A DNA stretch of 64,000 bases from Utricularia gibba. Lineage: Eukaryota > Plantae > Magnoliophyta. Every line of letters starts with the position of its first letter. Within the stretch, counting starts at the first letter, position 1. The stretch is from contig NEEC01000016.1 in NCBI GenBank assembly GCA_002189035.1, forward strand, positions 2,046,001-2,110,000. Direction: 5' to 3'. A program made the translations under genes and the position numbers. The notes below the pieces were generated by a model, which was not told where the DNA came from, ran no database searches, and was given only the letters and a program-made list of their open reading frames with translations. This document shows, one piece after another, positions 61,640 to 64,000 of the stretch.

Positions 61640-63380
61640 GATTTTTGATGCCCACCAAACAATTTCAATGTGGGCTTCGATTGCCACTACCACCTTTCAT
61701 GTGTGAGTCATTGAGATGCTTGGAGGTCTCATTATCCCACCTAACTCCTCGTTCACTTGCTCATGTGCTAGCATTTATGAGAGTATGCATAGAGGAACAT
61801 ATTATACTGGCCCTTCCAATTTTTTTTTTGTAAGTGTGTGTATTCAAAATTGTAAAAGTAATCATTTCTCATTAAAAGGTAAGCCATCTATAACACTTGT
61901 CAATTCTATTCGAAGTGGGTACCATGCTTGGTGGACAAGTTTCATTTGAGTGTGTCCACTTGAACAATAGCAAATTCCAAGGACTCTTAGCTCTTCCAAG
62001 TCGATTGGAAAGGGAAAGGGTAATGTGCATGTAGTTGAGTTGCATGGCTAGCAACTTGCAATTTATGAATCTGATAAATCGTGTTGTAGGATTTTAGAGA
62101 CTAGCGAGATAGGGGTGGATTCCTTGTTGACCCTATTTGGTGAAAAAAGCATGCATTTAAGCGATATAGTACCCTCAGTGATTGACATCACAAGTACTCG
62201 ACGCTTCTGGTGTGATCAAGATAGAGTGATATGCAAGCACCTAAAACCTGATGATGTGATCATTGAGGAAGAGATGTCACTAGGCTTTGCTTCTTGACTG
62301 GAGAGTGATATAGGGAGCAATGTGGAGGAAGAAAATCCACAATAGCCCTCGTGTGTGGATGTGGACCAAATTATGGAAGAAACGCTGAGCTCTGTGCAAA
62401 GCTTCAATGATATTAAAGTAGGTGGGCATACACTAGCCCAACCTCATCGACCAACTGACACTCACAAAAGCTACTTGTGTTAGATGTGAATGGAGTTCTT
62501 GCAAACATTGTCTTCAAAGACAAATACTAGACGTTACATCATAAACTAGATGTTGTCTTAAATGGAGCAACATAGTATGACGTGTTTCGATTGCCGTATA
62601 TTTACATGATGTTCAAGTCATCCCTTGTTTTATTTTTTGGCATACGCAGTCTTCCTGAGATCCTTCACCCGTGAGTTCATCCAATGGTGTTTCGAGAACT
62701 TTGATGTTGGTATATGGTTTTCAAGGAGCGCATAAGTCCCAATCCATGATAACAATAGGCCCTGACCAATTGTATTATGCACTAACATGTGCATCTTTCT
62801 ACAGCACACAACTACATGAGATAGTCAAGTGGGTGTTTGGACTGAATGCAGACAGCTCATTGGCCTTCATATGGGATGCATCAAAGGCTACTAAAATGCA
62901 TGTATGTGCTCATGATAATTGGTCAAAGTTTGCTGTGTTGAAAGACTTGTTGTGTATCTAGGGGAAAGATGAAAGCTTCGAAGGTCTGTACAATGCCATT
63001 AACACGTTACTACTCAAAGAAACCTAGTTTAAGTGAAGTTGCATTCATATATTTTGGATTGTATGTTGTCTGATTATACTTACATGTCTCTATTTTGCAA
63101 CAACATGAAAATGTTATCTAAGAAACCAATACCATACAAGTACATGGACATACATGATGTTGCATTATGTGAGAGTGGAGAAATACGCACATTCCTTCAA
63201 GGTATACTGCAAGCAGATTGTGTGCCCAGTTTCATGAGAAATGGACAAATTGGACAACCTCCATTAGATATTGAACACCTCCTATGGGATTATTACATAG
63301 TATTTGCATTACATAGAGGATTTCTCATTCACACCAAAGCACTAGAAATGCAACAGAAAGCAAGAAAACATAGAAAGTAA
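61640..63380 (+). pseudogene. Decayed TE-associated coding region: Transposase_28-like start, acidic linker, unidentified C-terminal part
   Basis: QCGLRLPLPPFMCESLRCLEVSLSHLTPRSLAHVLAFMRVC resembles the GLRFPL..F..L......QLTPNS motif. ORFs 62115-62297, 62671-62961 and 63033-63380 follow on the same strand in different frames. Confidence 0.6.
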
Positions 63381-63399
63381 CAAGAGCAAGTTCGACAAT

Positions 63400-64000
63400 A
63401 GAAATGGAAGTGCAAAAAGCTAAAATAAAATGTCCAGCGGGTGCTCTAAGGTATAGATCTACTGAATCTGGAGGTTTTGGGCGAAAACAAGGTTTGGAGA
63501 CGAAGATCCGAGGCTGGCCGGAGCTATTTGTCAGAAAATCACCGTTCTCCTCTACTTCCTGCTTGTCACTATTCATTGTCGTTCAAAAATTGTCGTCCCT
63601 TCTCTCTCCTCCTTCCTCTTTTCTTTTCGTGCTCAAAGGGTAGCTCCATCTTTTCCATGGCCTTTTAAAAGGAATATCTCTGTTCCAGATCTTATCTTTT
63701 CAAAAGGTGGCTGCTTTCGGTGAAAAGTAACTTCTGCATAGCTTTTCTATCCCTTTTGACTTTTCAACGCGGAAAATGCACTGCCAATACTAACTTCTAC
63801 CCTGTTAAGACTTAGAAACAAACTAGAAGGAAACATTAGATTTTTGGCTTAATTGTTTCCAATGGAGCATGTTTTCACAATAAACACATTCCTACCAACT
63901 AGATACACAAAAGGAAACAATTAGGCATATGTAACAACATTTTACCCTATAAAACACTCCTAAAAAAATATATAAAAACACACTAAAAACAGTGTTATCA
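63400..64000 (-). mobile_element. 5' part of an Athila-type LTR (related fragment at about 34081-34201)
   Basis: The window ends in GTGTTATCA (reverse complement TGATAACAC), and the preceding AT-rich tract resembles 34141-34201. Confidence 0.6.

Noticed and set aside
61613-61640. Telomere-like GGTTTAGGGTTAG at the LTR truncation point
   Set aside because: Fewer than two full repeats. It is more simply a telo-box upstream of the next TE ORF, like the one at about 60838.
1-64000. rRNA, tRNA, CRISPR arrays, organellar or viral inserts
   Set aside because: None was recognised by eye. Every RT motif seen belongs to a copia or gypsy element. A tRNAscan-SE/Infernal run and an organelle BLAST would be needed to exclude short cases.

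Overview
Plant (angiosperm) nuclear DNA, mostly nested and decayed transposons, surrounding one compact ~7-kb gene island (about 22.6-29.4 kb). The island holds a STAR1/ABCI17-like pseudogene, a frameshifted At2g24100 (ASG1)/At4g30780-family gene, an intact CAF1 deadenylase CDS on the minus strand, and an intact 5-exon At5g16660/At3g02900-family putative plastid protein gene divergent from CAF1. The TE content includes several copia remnants, one of them nested in another with a perfect AGAAG target-site duplication (TSD). There is also a ~12.6-kb Tat/Retand-type gypsy element carrying a spliced antisense accessory gene, many Athila-type LTR copies, four solo LTRs with recognisable 5-bp TSDs, two PIF/Harbinger fragments, MULE remnants, a chromovirus fragment and a probable hAT end. 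The best leads are: a predicted 3'-UTR intron in CAF1 whose transcript would overlap its convergent neighbour; the intron-bearing antisense gene in the Retand element; a 70-bp-arm near-perfect hairpin; a copia element lacking a tRNA PBS (possible self-priming); GGGTAGACCTA motif clusters in one LTR family; and a templated filler at a deletion. All family assignments come from motif recall and manual alignment. No database search was run, and most boundaries without a TSD are approximate.
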